From: Hydrolagus colliei
Taxonomy: Eukaryota
Assembly: GCA_035084275.1 (NCBI GenBank)
Contig: CM068757.1
Coordinates: 9,796,001-9,860,000, forward strand
DNA: 64,000 nt
Reading direction: 5' to 3'
Made by a program: the position numbers and the translations under genes. Numbering within the stretch: the first letter of the stretch is position 1; every line of letters begins with the position of its first letter. Under the pieces are notes generated by a model. The model worked only from the letters and a program-made list of their open reading frames with translations. It was not told where the DNA came from and did no database searches. Shown piece by piece: positions 39,981 to 53,666 of the stretch.

Positions 39981-39992
39981 GAAAGTGAAAGC
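39981..39992 (+). promoter_or_regulatory. IRF-E, gene 3 promoter
   Basis: GAAAGTGAAAGC, starting 131 bp upstream of ATG 40112. Confidence 0.7.
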
Positions 39993-40111
39993 GTGAGCTA
40001 CAGAGAGAGAGAGAGCGAGAGAATCGGGGAGAGACCTGGGGAGAAGCAGATATATATCAACTGTCCAGCCCTGACGCCCTCCCCCCCACCCACCGACTGT
40101 CGCTGGGGATA

Positions 40112-40175
40112 ATGAACCTGAATCTGCTGCCTGTGTCGCTGTCGCTGCTGCTGCTCACCTATCTGCCACTGTCAG
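40112..40175 (+). CDS. Gene 3 exon 1, signal peptide
   Basis: MNLNLLPVSLSLLLLTYLPLS, followed by g|gtacag. Confidence 0.82.
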
Positions 40176-43100
40176 GTACAGAGCGAATGGACAGGCGCGT
40201 GTTGGGGGGAGTTGAGTCTCGCTGTGTAGCGTTAACGAGTTTGAAAATCATTTCTATGGGCCTCGAGTAGGATGTTTCTGCTCAGCGACTGTTCGCAAAA
40301 TGGTGCCGCTTCCTTATTTCGCGCTGCATTGAAGCCCCCCAAAAGAAATTCACAAGAAAGAAAACTGAGGCTATTTTTATGTTACAGTATTTGTATTATT
40401 GTTGTGATTACTTGCTCTGTTTCACCAGTTAGTTATCATCCATACTGTTATTTCTATATTAATCCTTGCATTTGATAGACAACAACAACAACAACAAATG
40501 ACACTTGTTACAGTCTCCTTCATATTGGAAAGACAGATAGTCAGGGTTTTTTGGATCAGAGCTGGGAGTTAGGGTCAGGAGGGGTGGAGGGGATGGGAGG
40601 GTGGCTGGAGGCATGGTCGAGAAGGAAGACCTTTAGATGGGACTTCAAAGAGCAAAAGACGGGAGAGTCGGAGGGATTGGGGGATGCAGTTCCAGAATGT
40701 GGGGCCAGAGATGCTGAATGCGCGACCACCAATGGTGGGGAAGGAAACGCGGGGGCCCTGAAGCAGGCAGGTGTTCACCTAACTGGGGGAGTGGACAGGT
40801 TGGTAGGAATTGGGTGTTTGGAGAGGTAGGGTGGGGGAGGGGGGTGGGGGGAGCAAGACCATAGAGAGCTTTGGAGGTGGCAACGAAAGCTTTGTACTCG
40901 ATTCGCTGAGGGATGGGGAGCCAATATAGCGCCTTTCACACCGCTGAGACGTCTCAAAGCGCTTCACAAAAAGACCCGGATGGTATTCCCTATTCGTGGG
41001 ACATGTTGATAAGCGCAAACTGCAGAAAATATTAAATATAAGAGGAACAGAACAGGCTTTTTTTTTAATTGCCCGCAAAAATATACCGTCAATTCATTTT
41101 AAAGTATGTTCTGTGAAGCTCAGGCCACCCAGTTATTTGTATGAAACACCTTGATACTTGCTCCCACTCTGTAATGTAAACTGTTGCTGTTTCATCCCAC
41201 AAAAAATGAAGTGGAATTTCAAGCACTGTAAATTTAGACTGAGGGGAAATTTCTTCCCCTTCACCCATCTCCTATTGGCAGGTTTGGTGATGGGTAAATT
41301 CCTTGAAAGTCTGACTAATTTTATTTTGGTTGCTCTGTATAGAACAGGTTAATAAGTGGGTATTACAAATTTTAATATCTAAAGGGTGGATTTTTCGTTC
41401 TTTATGGTGTATACAGCATTATTTTTGTGATGGATATGATTTACGCACTAACTTTCGCTTTTCTGTTAAATTACCACAGTGGAAGATGTCCTCACTGTAC
41501 TGATGGATTCAGGAGCTATGAACACCATGGTAAATAAGGATGTTTTACTGAAATGTCAGGTACCTGGCTTTGAATCGAGAACCATTGACCTTGCAAGTGT
41601 TAGCGTTGAATGGTACTTCTCGAAACCTCCTGATGTCGCTAGGAAACTGGTATACAAATTTGGAAGCAGCACACACACACCTCATCGAAAGGGAGCAAAG
41701 ATATCTGATGATAAATTGAAGAAGGGCATCGCTTCCCTGTTGCTGTTGAGTGTGGGATTCCAGGATGAAGGACAGTATGAATGTATTGTGTTTATCACAT
41801 CTGACAGTGGAAGGGGAAATGTGGAAATGTTTGTTTCAGGTAAGTGGCTATTGGGGCTTGATCAATGGGATTTTTCAAAAGGGAGAACAAATTCTGACTA
41901 GTTTTTTTAAAAAAAAGATATGATGCTTTTTACATGCTGTATCATTCTAATTCCTGCAATCTTGTTATGTTATTGCTATTCTATGTTCCAAAACACCAAC
42001 AGTGCAAATGAGACCTTATACTTGCACAGCTCTTATCATTTAAAATAATGTAATTAAGCGTTTTACAGACAACATGGAGGGTGGGGGGAAGGAGGTACGT
42101 GGAATGGGGGGAGAGTGGAGGATATTGACAGAAAGCAGTCAAAAGACTGATTTTGAGGAGGGATCTGAGGGTAGCGTGAGGGTGTAGTGTAAAGGAATTT
42201 GAGGAGGGTGAGGGCAAAGAATAAGCTTTTTGAGAGAATGCATTTTACTTGGAATTTATGTGGTTGGATCATGGTACAAATTGGTTATAAGTTCTTATCC
42301 CAGTAGATCTATTGTAGGCAGTGGAATTCTTGTAATCCCAGAAGTGTTCTGATTTGGCCTCTTGTAAAGAAATCACTGGATGATATGGTCCTGTCCTCTC
42401 TATGTTCCAGTCCTATAACCTATGGGGTGAATGGGTTGTGGAAGTCCAGGCACCATCATTGATTGATGCCATGGTTACACAATTCAAAAGACCTAGTAGG
42501 TACAGAGAGAAAGTTGCAGAGAAAATGTGAAAATTAAATTTTTTAGATCGGAAGGTTTTAAATATATTTAGATGTTTGATACAGATTTCTGTTCATCTTC
42601 ACAGCTGCACCACAGGTGAATGTAGATCAATCCAATATCATAATCGAAAATGGCACAGAGAAGTCAGTCATGTGCAACATTCACTGGTACTATCCTTCGA
42701 AAATTGATGTGAAGTGGGTTCACAACGAGGATGGAAAACAACAGGTTTTAAAGTCCAAATGCACAAAATCCTCAGTGGTAAACGAAGATGGAACTTTCAA
42801 TCTGTCCAGCCGTCTGACCCTCCGACCAGACCTTACAGACAATGGTAAAACCTACACATGCCTCGTCAACCATAGGACACTCGCTAGTGCCATGAGCAAG
42901 GAAGTTCACCTGACTGTCAAAGGTACAGTCTTTATTTCAGAAACGTTCATCAATCTCCAAAAACTGGTTTGTGATAGAAAGCGAAGGTGGAGTTGAAAAT
43001 ACTGTATGTGAGTCTAGTGATAGGTCTTTTTGGATCAATGTAGTTAGTCTTAGTCTGGGAAGGGGATAAGTCTTTCATCTATGTCTGATAGCCTTCCTCC

Positions 43101-46100
43101 TCCCAGCTGGAAATTGTGCTTCTGTTGGATGCCACGTGAGGATAGGATTAGGCTCAAAACGGAAGTGCCCCCATGTTCAACGCTGACTACCAATCATTCT
43201 TGCACAGGAACTAACCCCTGAGTGAAACAGAAAATTTCATACTTTTCAGGAGGCATACAACTCTGCCTTGTGTTAGCCTGTAACACCATTTTATTTTACG
43301 ATTTGAGATTGCGCAGGATTGTGCAGATTTCTTTTCAGTCTCAATCTGAAGCTGGTTTCTTTTAAGAACCATCAAAAAACCTGCTTTAAAAGGAAGACTG
43401 AATTTAACAGTTCTGCATGACTGTAAATTTTAAGACAAGATGGTCTGACAGGTGGAATTTCAGGTCTTCAGTTGGAATTGTTTTCCATTTTCCAGGCAAG
43501 TTATATTTTGCTTTTTGTAACTCACTGCAGAGCTAAACATGTTGGTTCTTGTGTCTTCTCCTCAGAGAAAGATATTGTTACACCAGTAGGACGAATAGTG
43601 ACGAGTGTGTTCATTACTGTTTTGCTGTGTGCCCTGATCCTGTGTGGAGCATTTTATGCTTACCTTAGAATCTTCAAAAAAGGTAAAAATTATTTGTCTT
43701 AAATTAAAGTACAGTAGTATGTGTACTGTAATTATATTTTTCAATAAAATATATTTGCATATTGTCTATTAATCTACATACTGTATTATGTATTTTTATT
43801 TTGTAATTAATAATAATACATTTGATGTAACATTTTATCATACCATTGAAACATCTCAAAGAGCTTTGCAGAAGTTTAGTGTAAAGTGTAAGGTGTTTTT
43901 GATGTGGCATCCTCAGAACAAATAAATTCAAGTGTGCTTTTCAATGTTATTTTAGTTGCTCCAAAAGTTACAAACATCATTAAGCCACCTCGCTTTGTAC
44001 ATCAGCAAGAAGCTTTCTTGGACTGTGAGATTTCAGGATACAAACCAGATGGTATTTCTATTGAATGGCTGCTGCAAAGAAGAGCGGAATCCAAGGGAAG
44101 CACAATATACAAATGGTCTGACAAAGGCATAGAGCCCACAGAGGGTGTCAGCAGTCACCTTCTGTCTAGCAATGAGACCTTAGATGGGACTTTCATTATT
44201 CAAACATCATCTATTGAACGCCATGGTGATGGGACTTCCAGTGTCAAGTGTCATGTTAAATTGCTGCTTGATATTTTTAAGGATGACAAAGCTATTCTCA
44301 TGCTTCAAGTACGTCATAATATCACGAAAAGCTTCATTACTGAAAGTGTCATCCTGAATGTGGAAGGAGGTATGTAAGCATTCAAACTGTTAGCAGTTAT
44401 TGCTGAGACCAGTGTCTTTTTTTTGTGTTCTGTTTGAGTAGTTACAATTGATGGCTTTAATAAGACTTATTTACAAAAAAAGAGTTTCAGTGATATCATT
44501 ATTTCAGCATTGTCAATCAAACCTCTGATAGGCGACCTTACATAACAAAATATCGGGAGTCATCCACATTGGGAACATCTCAGAAACTGAAAATTCCACT
44601 ACGCTTTAGCCAGTAAGATTGGCCTCAGTGCATAGGTTATGGAGTAAGAGGTCAGCCAAGTCCAACAACCTCTGATTTTGTGTACCTGCAGATTGAAGAG
44701 AAGTTTTTAAACCAGTGTTTTAAAACAAATTGAGTTTCAAATGTGTTTCAAAGTGGAAGTTATTTTTTTGCCACCATATGTCCGACTTTAATTTTTCTTT
44801 CTTACTCAAAGTCCCACCGATGTTGAATGACATTGTGATGCCGCCTCATGTCATCCACCAAGAAGTTCTGGCTCTGACCTGTCCAATTAATGGATTCAAG
44901 CCAAGGCCGCTGGCTGTCTCCTGGTACAAAAGACATAACGACAAGGAAGTGGAAATTGTGAAGGTTGAACCAGAGAAACCGAGAGAGGAAATGTTTGGAA
45001 ATGAAACAGAGAGGCCCAAATATGTCCACAATTTGAATGAGTTGAGATACGAAGATGGCACCTACAGTATCACTAGTATATTAAAGTTTATTCCAACCAT
45101 AATTGAAGACAACAATTCAGAGTACATTTGCAAAATAACACATCCAGCAACAAATGTAACAAAAACCAAAGAAGTGAGCATAACTGTTAAAGGTATGTTG
45201 TGCATTTCTGACCATTGTGTTTAAAATTAATGATAATATTGTTGCATTTGATAATACATATTTCTTATATTTAATATTGTGCCTTTAACATCAGGAGGTC
45301 ATGTCAAAATGCTTCACAGATTTACTGTAAAATGGCACCCAAGTACAGTACATTACTGTGGGCTAAAGTTTTGTCAGAGGTGCAGTCCTTTAGATCAAAT
45401 ATTAAACTGTGGACCCACCTGCCGATCCTGTGGCACTACTCAAATAGAGAAGGAAGTTTCTCCTTGTGTTCAAGCCAACAATCTCCCAAAATAAAAATTG
45501 ATCATTCACTCAATGGCTGTTTGTGAGACATTGCTATGCGCAAACTGGCTGCTGTTTCACCCACAAAATAGTCAAAACAGCTACAGTATTTCATATGAAG
45601 CATTTTGATATGTCTCAATGAGATGAGGCACTTTATCAAATGCAAGTATTATTAATATTATTCTTATTTCATTTGGTTGTCAGCTCTGCCGAAATTTGAC
45701 GACATTATACTGCTTCCAAAGTCTCCTGTTGCGGATGAAATCGTGATCGCCACCTGCAAAGTGCATTCCTTTTTTCCAAGAAACATTACAATTGTTTGGA
45801 GAAAGAATGACGAAATCTTGGCTGAAATGACCCCTGACTCAGAAGCCACCTGCGGGAAAGATGACCTGTTTTATTTTAAGAGTCGGCTGGAATTTGTTGT
45901 GGTTAGAGAAGATTTCGGAAAACGCGTATATTGTGAAATGCTTTCTGATGTTCCTGGAGATTGTGGAAGAGCTGAGTGTCAGCTCGTTCCAATGGGTGAG
46001 TACAATGATAGTCACCTATTTACAGCTTAAATGTGAAGCTTGTCAGCCTAGGACTGGAAGGGTTGCTCTTCAAAAGAGCCAGCATGGACATAATGGGCTG

Positions 46101-48533
46101 AATAGCCTTCATCACTTCTGTAACTTTCTGTGTTCTATCGTCCTATATTCCACCGAATAAGATAGTCACTGTCCAGTAACTCCTAAACAAATACTTTTTT
46201 AGGTTTAGTGTGTGTACAATGATTGTTTATTGCTATTTTTAATTTCTGAGCAACTTTTTTGACAACTTGACGATATGCGTGCTAACTTTGTTTTACTTTC
46301 TGTGTTGAAACAGTAGCATCTCCAATAATAGAATACCTAAAATCCGAGCCACACTTCCCAGAGCCAGGCAAAGAAGCAACCATCAAAATCCGAGTGCATA
46401 GGTACTTTCCGAAGGATGTTATCTTCTTGTGGTTCAAAAATAATGAGCGAGTGGATGAGGCCAACATCAAATCCATTGAGCCTCAGGGTAATTTACAGAC
46501 TGGTCTTTACTATCGAGAGTCCATTTGGAAATTGTTTCTAACCCCAGAAGACCATGGAGCTGAGATTAAGGTTGAAGTTCTACATTTTCCAACATCGCAC
46601 ACTCCTACAAAAGCCGTACTCACCCTGCACCTCGGAGGTACCCATTAACTATATGTTACATTGCTTCTATAATGTACTGTTCATCCGACCATATTGTGCT
46701 TCCACCTCTTATGTTTATAGCTCCCATTCCATGCTAGTTATGGATAAGCACCAAATGGGATTGTAGTTGTTTGAGAATGTAGATGAATAGGATTTGCAAA
46801 GAAAACAGTTTGGACATGATGTGAGAAACAATTGTCCTTTGAAAATTGCTTTTTACAGCAGGGTCAACTTAAATTGTTGAGCCAGTTCATTTTACATTCT
46901 TTTTCCTTTTCAATTTGGTATTTTCAATTCGGTTACTACCCCCGTCTGAGGCCATTGGTACCCATCCACCAGAGGACAGAGTGCCAAATCCTCGTCCTCA
47001 ACCTCAAAGCCCTCCATGGCCTTGCTCCTTCACCTATGTGACCCCATATTGACTTGTCCACTCCCTTGGTTCAACATCCTCCGCCTGGCCCGGTCCACCA
47101 TCGAGCCTTCAGCCTTTGGAACTCCATCCCACAGTTCAGCTCTCCTGATCCTAATTTCCCTTGGGTTCATATACCTGACTGTCGAGCCACTTGGGACGTC
47201 CTCCACACATGAAACATAATTTGATTTTGTTGTACTGTTTTGCAAAAGATTACTATGTGACATTTCTTCATTCATAACTAGCTGAAATGATTATGTCTCA
47301 GGTAAAACAATTTATTTTCTTGTGCTTTTCTTGAAACAGGAATTCCGAAAATTTCAAAAATTGAGTTAGAGCCAGTCGACCCGACCTACGAACAACCTCT
47401 GATCATGAGATGTTGTGTGACTAATTTTTCTCCAAAAGAAATCGTAACCACTTGGTTGCAGGGTGAAACGATCATCTCCGAAGGAGTAGGAAATATAGGG
47501 CCTGAGAAGGATAAAAATGGATATTTCCAGCTGACATCCTCCTTAACGATAAAACCGACCGCTTTGGATTACAATAAAACATTTTCCTTTTTAGTCAAAC
47601 ATAAAGCTTTGCAAGAGACTATTCAAAGAGAAATTCTCCTTAACCTTCCAGGTAGGTTCAAACAGGGGTGACAAACAGATGCCAGTAAGGTTTCCTTGCA
47701 CCCTTGTTGGTGTGCTTGCACTGATGGCGGAGTCTTCATCTATTATGCTCCTAACCTTTGTTCAGCCTAACTCAGTTGGTAGCACTCTCTTGCCTCTGAG
47801 TCAGGAGGTTTTGCATTCAAGTCCCACTTCATGACTTGAAGCTCATAAGATAGGCTGACATCCCTGTGCAGTGCTAGAGGTGTTCTGTATTGTTGGTGCC
47901 ATCCTTCGGATGAAACTTTAAAGCTAGATCTATTTATATATGTAAACTTGTCTGCCACCCATTAAAGTCCTGTGGCACTATGCAAAAAAAGAAAGGAGCT
48001 CCTTCCTGTGTCCTGGCCAACAATCCCTTAGATAAAATTGGGCAACTCATTTCATGGCTATATTATTGTCTCACAAATTGGCTGTCACTTTCACCTACAA
48101 AAATATAAAGTCAGTCACTCACCACACTGTATCTGCGAATGCTTTGAGATATCTATTGAGACTTGAAAGATCAATCAAACACGAGGTTTATTTATTATTA
48201 TTGTATTGTACTGTTTCAGCTTCTGCTCCCACCATATCCGAAATGCAATGTGTTCCAACACCTCCAGAGATAAACAAGCAAACGACTTTCAGCGTTTCAC
48301 TGACCGACTACGCCCCTGAAGAAATTGAAGTGAAGTGGTTCAAAGACAAAGTGCCTTATACAGGTCCAGTGACAAACACCAAGGAGCAGATTGCAGAGAA
48401 TGGACTCTTTGCTTCAGTTACAAAAATCGAATTTGCCCCCGAAAAGTCTGATCAGAACACCACTCTCAGGTGTGAGGTTACTCATCCTGAGACCAAAGCA
48501 GTGAAGGAGATAAAGTACCTAATTTCCTGTTGA
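40112..48533 (+). CDS. NCR3LG1-like: Gene 3: NCR3LG1-like SP-IgV-IgC1-TM followed by 6 post-TM C1 domains (971 aa)
   Basis: Exons 40112-40175, 41480-41839, 42605-42922, 43566-43682 (TM), 43956-44369, 44812-45192, 45684-45995, 46314-46637, 47340-47651 and 48220-48533 total 2916 nt, open, all phase 1. Confidence 0.87.
40484..40980 (-). mobile_element. L2 3' fragment
   Basis: Minus-strand PTIGGRAFS motif and (aac)n tail. Confidence 0.6.
41480..41839 (+). CDS. Gene 3 exon 2, IgV
   Basis: LLKC, VEW, GIASLLL and DEGQYEC. Confidence 0.92.
42605..42922 (+). CDS. Gene 3 exon 3, IgC1
   Basis: CNIHWYYP, VKW, NEDGTFNLSS and YTCLVNH. Confidence 0.92.
43566..43682 (+). CDS. Gene 3 exon 4, transmembrane
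   Basis: EKDIVTPVGRIVTSVFITVLLCALILCGAFYAYLRIFKK. Confidence 0.9.
43956..44369 (+). CDS. Gene 3 post-TM C1 domain 1
   Basis: 138 codons. LDCEISGYKP, IEW and MLQVRH. Confidence 0.88.
44812..45192 (+). CDS. Gene 3 post-TM C1 domain 2
   Basis: 127 codons. LTCPINGFKP, DGTYSITS and YICKITH. Confidence 0.9.
45684..45995 (+). CDS. Gene 3 post-TM C1 domain 3
   Basis: 104 codons. ATCKVHSFFP, IVW and VYCEM. Confidence 0.9.
46314..46637 (+). CDS. Gene 3 post-TM C1 domain 4
   Basis: 108 codons. TIKIRVHRYFP, FLW and IKVEVLH. Both canonical Cys are absent. Confidence 0.86.
47340..47651 (+). CDS. Gene 3 post-TM C1 domain 5
   Basis: 104 codons. MRCCVTNFSP, TTW and FSFLVKH. Confidence 0.88.
48220..48533 (+). 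CDS. Gene 3 post-TM C1 domain 6, last coding exon
   Basis: DYAP, VKW, ENGLF and LRCEVTH, then TGA at 48531-48533. Confidence 0.88.
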
Positions 48534-49344
48534 GGTGAGTTTTGTATGTCTGTTTGAACCTGTTCTGGTGCAGCAAAAGATGCTGTGGCATTGTTTGGAC
48601 ATCAAGCAGAGGAATGATGGAACTGGAAGGTGATCGAAGGATTTGGTCAAAGGAGTAGATTTTTCATTGATATTTGAAGCCAGGTGGAGAGGTCGTGAGA
48701 TGGGATTGGTAGATGGAGGGAGTTTGAGATGATGGTGGCTGAAAATTGAACTGCTGATGGTTGAGTGGAGGGTGGCAGAATAAGTTCAGCAGTAATATAA
48801 TAATAAATTATTATTATTACTACAAGCACATAAGAAGCTAGTTTAGACTTAAGTATTTTCCATGGTTTCCAATGGGTTTAACAATGCATTTTGTTCTCCA
48901 CAAAGGAATGCCTGGAAATATAATCCAATCTGCAATATCCATCTTGGTGACCTGAGTACAGAAACGGAACTCAGTCTATCGGAACAAAACATGACGTTTC
49001 TAAGGAGAAGAACAAATTTTTTAAAATGCAATATACAACACTGAGCTGTGTAAAGTGGTCAGCTGAACAGATATTTCAATCAGAATAACACTACTTGTCA
49101 CCTAAATGTGCCTGAACTTTCTTAAATATCTACACCGAATGAAATGTGCTGTAAAGAGGTTGTGTAATAACATCATGTACACAATAGTCAAATGATATTA
49201 TAGTTGTAATTAATATATAGTTGTCAACTGTTTTTATACTGTACTGATATTACATGCTATTTGATATATCATGTTTCTTACCACACGGGATCATGAGAAA
49301 AAAGCTCTTCAGTGCGTTTGATCTTATCCTACCCCCCTACTGTC

Positions 49345-50485
49345 TTTTCATTACAGCATCAGACTGTTTCAAACCCCCGCACAGTTTCCCACGGCGTCCC
49401 TCAGGGCTCTGTCCTCGGTCCCCTTCTTTTCACCCTTTACACGCTCCCTCTGGGCGACGTCATCCGCAGACATGGGGTAAATTTCCACATGTATGCGGGT
49501 GACACCCAGTTGTACCTTTCTGCCTCATCCCTCAACCCCCAGACGATCGATGTTCTGATGTTCTGACGATTCGATGTCTGTCCGACATCGAATCGTGGAC
49601 GAGGGACAACTTTTTGCAATTGAACGTGAATAAGACCGAGGCCCTCCTGATTGGCTCAAGCCAGCGCCTCCGCACATCGGGCGCTGCCAGCCTCAACATC
49701 CAAGGCTGCACTCTCCACCTCACAAAGCCAATCAGGAACCTCGGCATCATGTTCGATCAAAAACTTTCCGTCCTCCCCCACATCCGCGCCTTGACCGGCA
49801 CCGCCTATTTCCATCTGCGCAACATTGCCAGGCTCCGCAACTATCTTACCCCCCGCGCTGCCGAAACACTTGTGCATGCTTACATCACCTCACGGCTGGA
49901 CTATGGAAATTCTCTCCTAGTCGGCCTCCCCAGTTCCTCCATTCATAGGCTGCAGGCCATCCAAAACTCTGCAGCCCGTGTACTATCCCGCACCCACCTC
50001 CGCGACCACATAACCCCCACCCTCGCCCGTCTCCAGTGGCTCCCCATCCTCCAGAGGATCGAGTTTAAGATCCTCGTCCTCACCTACAAGGCCTTACACG
50101 GCCTTGCCCCATCCTACCTAACTGATCTACTCTCCCCCTACATGCCCACCCGGACCCTCCGTTCAACAGGACTTGGCCTGCTCCAAGCCCCCCGCCCGAA
50201 CTGCATCGGAGGCCGGGCCTTCAGTTTCTCCGCTCCCACCTTATGGAATGCCATCCCTCAATCCCTCCGTTTCGCCTCTTCCCTTTCCTCTTTCAAGGCC
50301 GGTTTGAAGACTTTCCTCTTCGATCGTGCCTTTTGTTCCACCCCGAACTCTTTTACCTCCCCTTCGTGTTTCACCCCTTCCCAAACACTCCCCTCCCAGC
50401 TCGGGTCACATGCCTCTTGTTCAGCGCCTTGGGAAGTCCTCCCGACGTGAAAGGCGCTCTATAAATGTAAATTGTTGTTGTTGTT
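49345..50485 (+). mobile_element. Best-preserved L2-type LINE 3' part (RT C-terminus)
   Basis: [16 protein letters not shown]...[10 protein letters not shown], one stop, then a 278-aa ORF (LNVNKTE, AYITSRLDYGNSLL, QWLPILQRIEFKIL) and tail aaaggcgctctataaatgtaaattgttgttgttg. Confidence 0.9.
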
Positions 50486-52769
50486 TGTTTTTAATATGTC
50501 CTGGCTTCAACCACCGATCCTGGTAACCTGTTCCACTCATTAATTACCATTATTTAAAGGTGACTAGAAAAATATAGAGTACTGTACACTAGGTGAATGT
50601 TAAAAATCTTTTGGTACTCTTTGAAAAAAGGGTGATTCTCCCATTATCGTGGCCAAAATTGGTCGCTCACTTCATTTGTGTTTGTAGGACGTAACTGTCC
50701 AAATGGGCTGCCAAATTCACCTACAAATTGGCGGATCTCTAGACCCTTTGGGTCCACTGGTGTCCCTCGCGCCTCCCTACTCCCATCTCGCCCCAACTAG
50801 ACCACAGAATTTTTGGTAAAGAAGAAATTGATAAAAATGTTTTGCAACATCTTATTTCCTCATGTTCATTAGCAACAAAGTTTAAAAATGTGGGTTGGCT
50901 GTAAAATGTACTTGGAAATTTAGATTTATAGCAAATATTTCCTCACTTTTCTTCTGGCCGAAGCTATCAGCCATCCTGTTCTGGCACTCCCTTTGAGTCG
51001 TTCCACTTTTTTCTCCTTGTTCAAGACATGTCTGAAAAGCTTTCCAATTTGACTGTATTTTTGGTTATCTTTCCCCTCCCCTCCTATCTCCAGCTTGCTT
51101 GTTCAGCCAGTATTGCCAAGGGTTTGGAGACGTTTTTCTCAAAGTGAAGGTAAATGTAAATTGTGTTGTGTAATCAGGGCATTTTTTTTGTTGTGCCCTG
51201 AACATAAAATGACTTTTAATAATAAATTAAAAATACCATTTGTTAAGAACTATGTTTGTGAATATTTTTAATGTAAATGAATAAGGTGACAGCCTGGCTC
51301 AGTTGCTAACGTTATTGCCACTAATTGGGAATGTGGTTTCAAGCGGCAGGTTAGGTTTATTGGAGATGCCGTCCTTCAGATGAGACATTAAAATGATGGT
51401 CCTGTCTGTTTGTTTAGATGGATATTAAAAATCCAATGGCACGATTTGAGTTTCTCCTGGTGCCTGGCCAACTGATAAAATTAGCCATTCACTTCATAAG
51501 CACAGTAGCTGCTTCATTCACATACCAATTCAGTAACTACACTTTACAGTATATTCTGTAAAGCGCTTTGAGACGTCTAAAAGACATGAAAAGCGCTATA
51601 CTAAAGGCAAGGATTATTATTAACGGTATTACAACAAAACCAAAATGACATTTATATAGCGCCTTTCATGTCAGGAGAAGATCCCAAGGCGCTGGACAAT
51701 CAGAGTTTCGAACTCGAGCTGGGGGCCGGGATTTGGGAGGGTGGAGAGCAGGGGGAGTAAGGAGGGTGACTGAAGGCATGGTCGAAGAGGAGGGTCTCGA
51801 GAGTGCGGGCTGGGTTGAAAGAAGTTAGAATGTCACAGAGGTAGGCAGAAGCAAGGCTGTGGGGGGGCTTTGAAAGTGAAGACCATAATCTTGAACTGTA
51901 TACCAGTGGTTGGGAGAGGTTGTGGTCGCAAAGCCTGCTGCAGAAGAGGACACAGGCTGCAGAGCTTTGAATGATCTGCAGCCTATGGAGGAAGGAGTTG
52001 GGAGAGAGCAGGAAATGGCACAGATCGGATGAAAAGAGGAATTAAGAAAGGGCAGTGCAAGAGTAAAATTGCCTGATCTCTCAAAGCAAAGAATTTCCAA
52101 TAAATCCAGTGTAATCCCAAGAGATTACATTCAATGTAAAGAATGACATCTACAAATTGATTTAAAAACAAGGCAAAGCCAAAGTTAAACTAGAATTTCA
52201 AAATCATTTACAGCCAGTTTATAATCAAGTTTCACAGTACTTGAATTGTACTTATTACAAGACAGGGTCTATATTCAAATGAAGGCATGTGTCGACTATG
52301 AACAAATGGTGCAGCTAATCTCTCCCTCTCGCTCTGCCCTCTGTTCCACCAACAGAAAAAAAATTAACATGGTGGCACAGTTGCTCACTTGCTTAAATTG
52401 TTGCTCACTATATTTTCAAGGATAATATGCAACACAAACTAGTCAGATTTTCAAACTAAAAACTAGGCTGCTGATTGCCTCTCCTATAACAAATACACAC
52501 TTGACAGTGAAGAGGATTCCCTGCTTAGCTGTTCTTGACAAGCTGCCAAAACAGCAGCAGCCTTAGGGCAGAATTGGAGCCTTGCAAGTGCATTGTGTAT
52601 TGTATCTCCTCCACACCCTCAGTGCGGAGAATTTTGCATGGGCCATGGGCTCCAAAGCCTTTTACTTTCTTCTTCTTGAAGACGCGATAAGGCACTATAT
52701 CAAATGCAAAGATGATTATTACAGAGAAAGCCCCCCACCCACCCCACTTCCACCCTAGGGTATGTGAAT

Positions 52770-53655
52770 CTGTCACTCCACTCCCTCTTCAGTGAAAAAA
52801 GTGCCTGTATTCCCCCTCCCACTCCATACCTCCTTTACCAATTTCTCCCGCCTCCAGTGCCTCCCTCTCCCCCTTGCTCCTCTTTCCCTTCTTTCCCAAT
52901 CTCTCCCCGCTGTGCCCCTTTTCCCCATGCCCTCTCTGCCCCCCTCCCCCCCTGTGCCTCTCCCCCACTATCCCTTTCTCCCCCCTTTGCCAAGTTCTCC
53001 TGCCTCCTGTGCTCCCCTCTCCCTTCCTTTGCCCCTCTCTCCCCCAGGACTCATTGGTTACCGCTCGATAGTTCGAAGGTTCGTTAGTCCGAAGCTTTCC
53101 CTAACCCTAACCTTTGGACTAATAAACCTTCGGAGTTCTCCCCCCACCCTTTGCCAATCTCTCCAGCCTTCTGTGTCCCTCCCTCCCTTTGCCTATCTCC
53201 CCCTGTGCCCCCCTCTCCCCCACTATGCCCCCCATCTCCCCGAGCCCCCCTCTCCCCCACTATGCCCCCCATCTCCCTCCTTGTGACCCCCTCTCCCCCC
53301 CACTATGCCCCCCATCTCCCTCCTTGTGACCCCCTCTCCCCCCCACTATGCCCCCCATCTCCCCTTGTGCCCCCCTCTCCCCCCCACTATGCCCCCCATC
53401 TCCCTCCTTGTGACCCCCTCTCCCCCCCACTATGCCCCCCATCTCCCCCTGTGCCCCCCTCTCCCCCACTATGCCCCCCCCTCTCCCCCCCACTATGCCC
53501 CCCATCTCCCTCCTTGTGACCCCCTCTCCCCCCCACTATGCCCCCCGTCTCCCCTTGTGACCCCCTCTCCCCCTACTATGCCCCCATCTCCCCCTGTGCC
53601 CACCCCTCCCCCCCACTATGCCCCCCCCCCTCTCCCCACCCCTCCTCCTCTGTCC
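52770..53655. repeat. C-rich low-complexity region and ~45-bp minisatellite upstream of gene 4
   Basis: Recurrent ccccactatgccccccatctccc..ttgtg.ccccctctc units from ~53200. Confidence 0.9.
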
Positions 53656-53666
53656 CCGTTGATAAT

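Noticed and set aside
24290-48533. Rearranging Ig/TCR locus (IgW/IgNAR) interpretation
   Set aside because: The V exons are complete through the G strand and splice directly to C1. I saw no RSS or J segments, and the TM lies after the first C1.
49614-50450. 278-aa ORF as a host gene
   Set aside because: It is the C-terminal part of L2 LINE ORF2, preceded by a stop and followed by the L2 tail.
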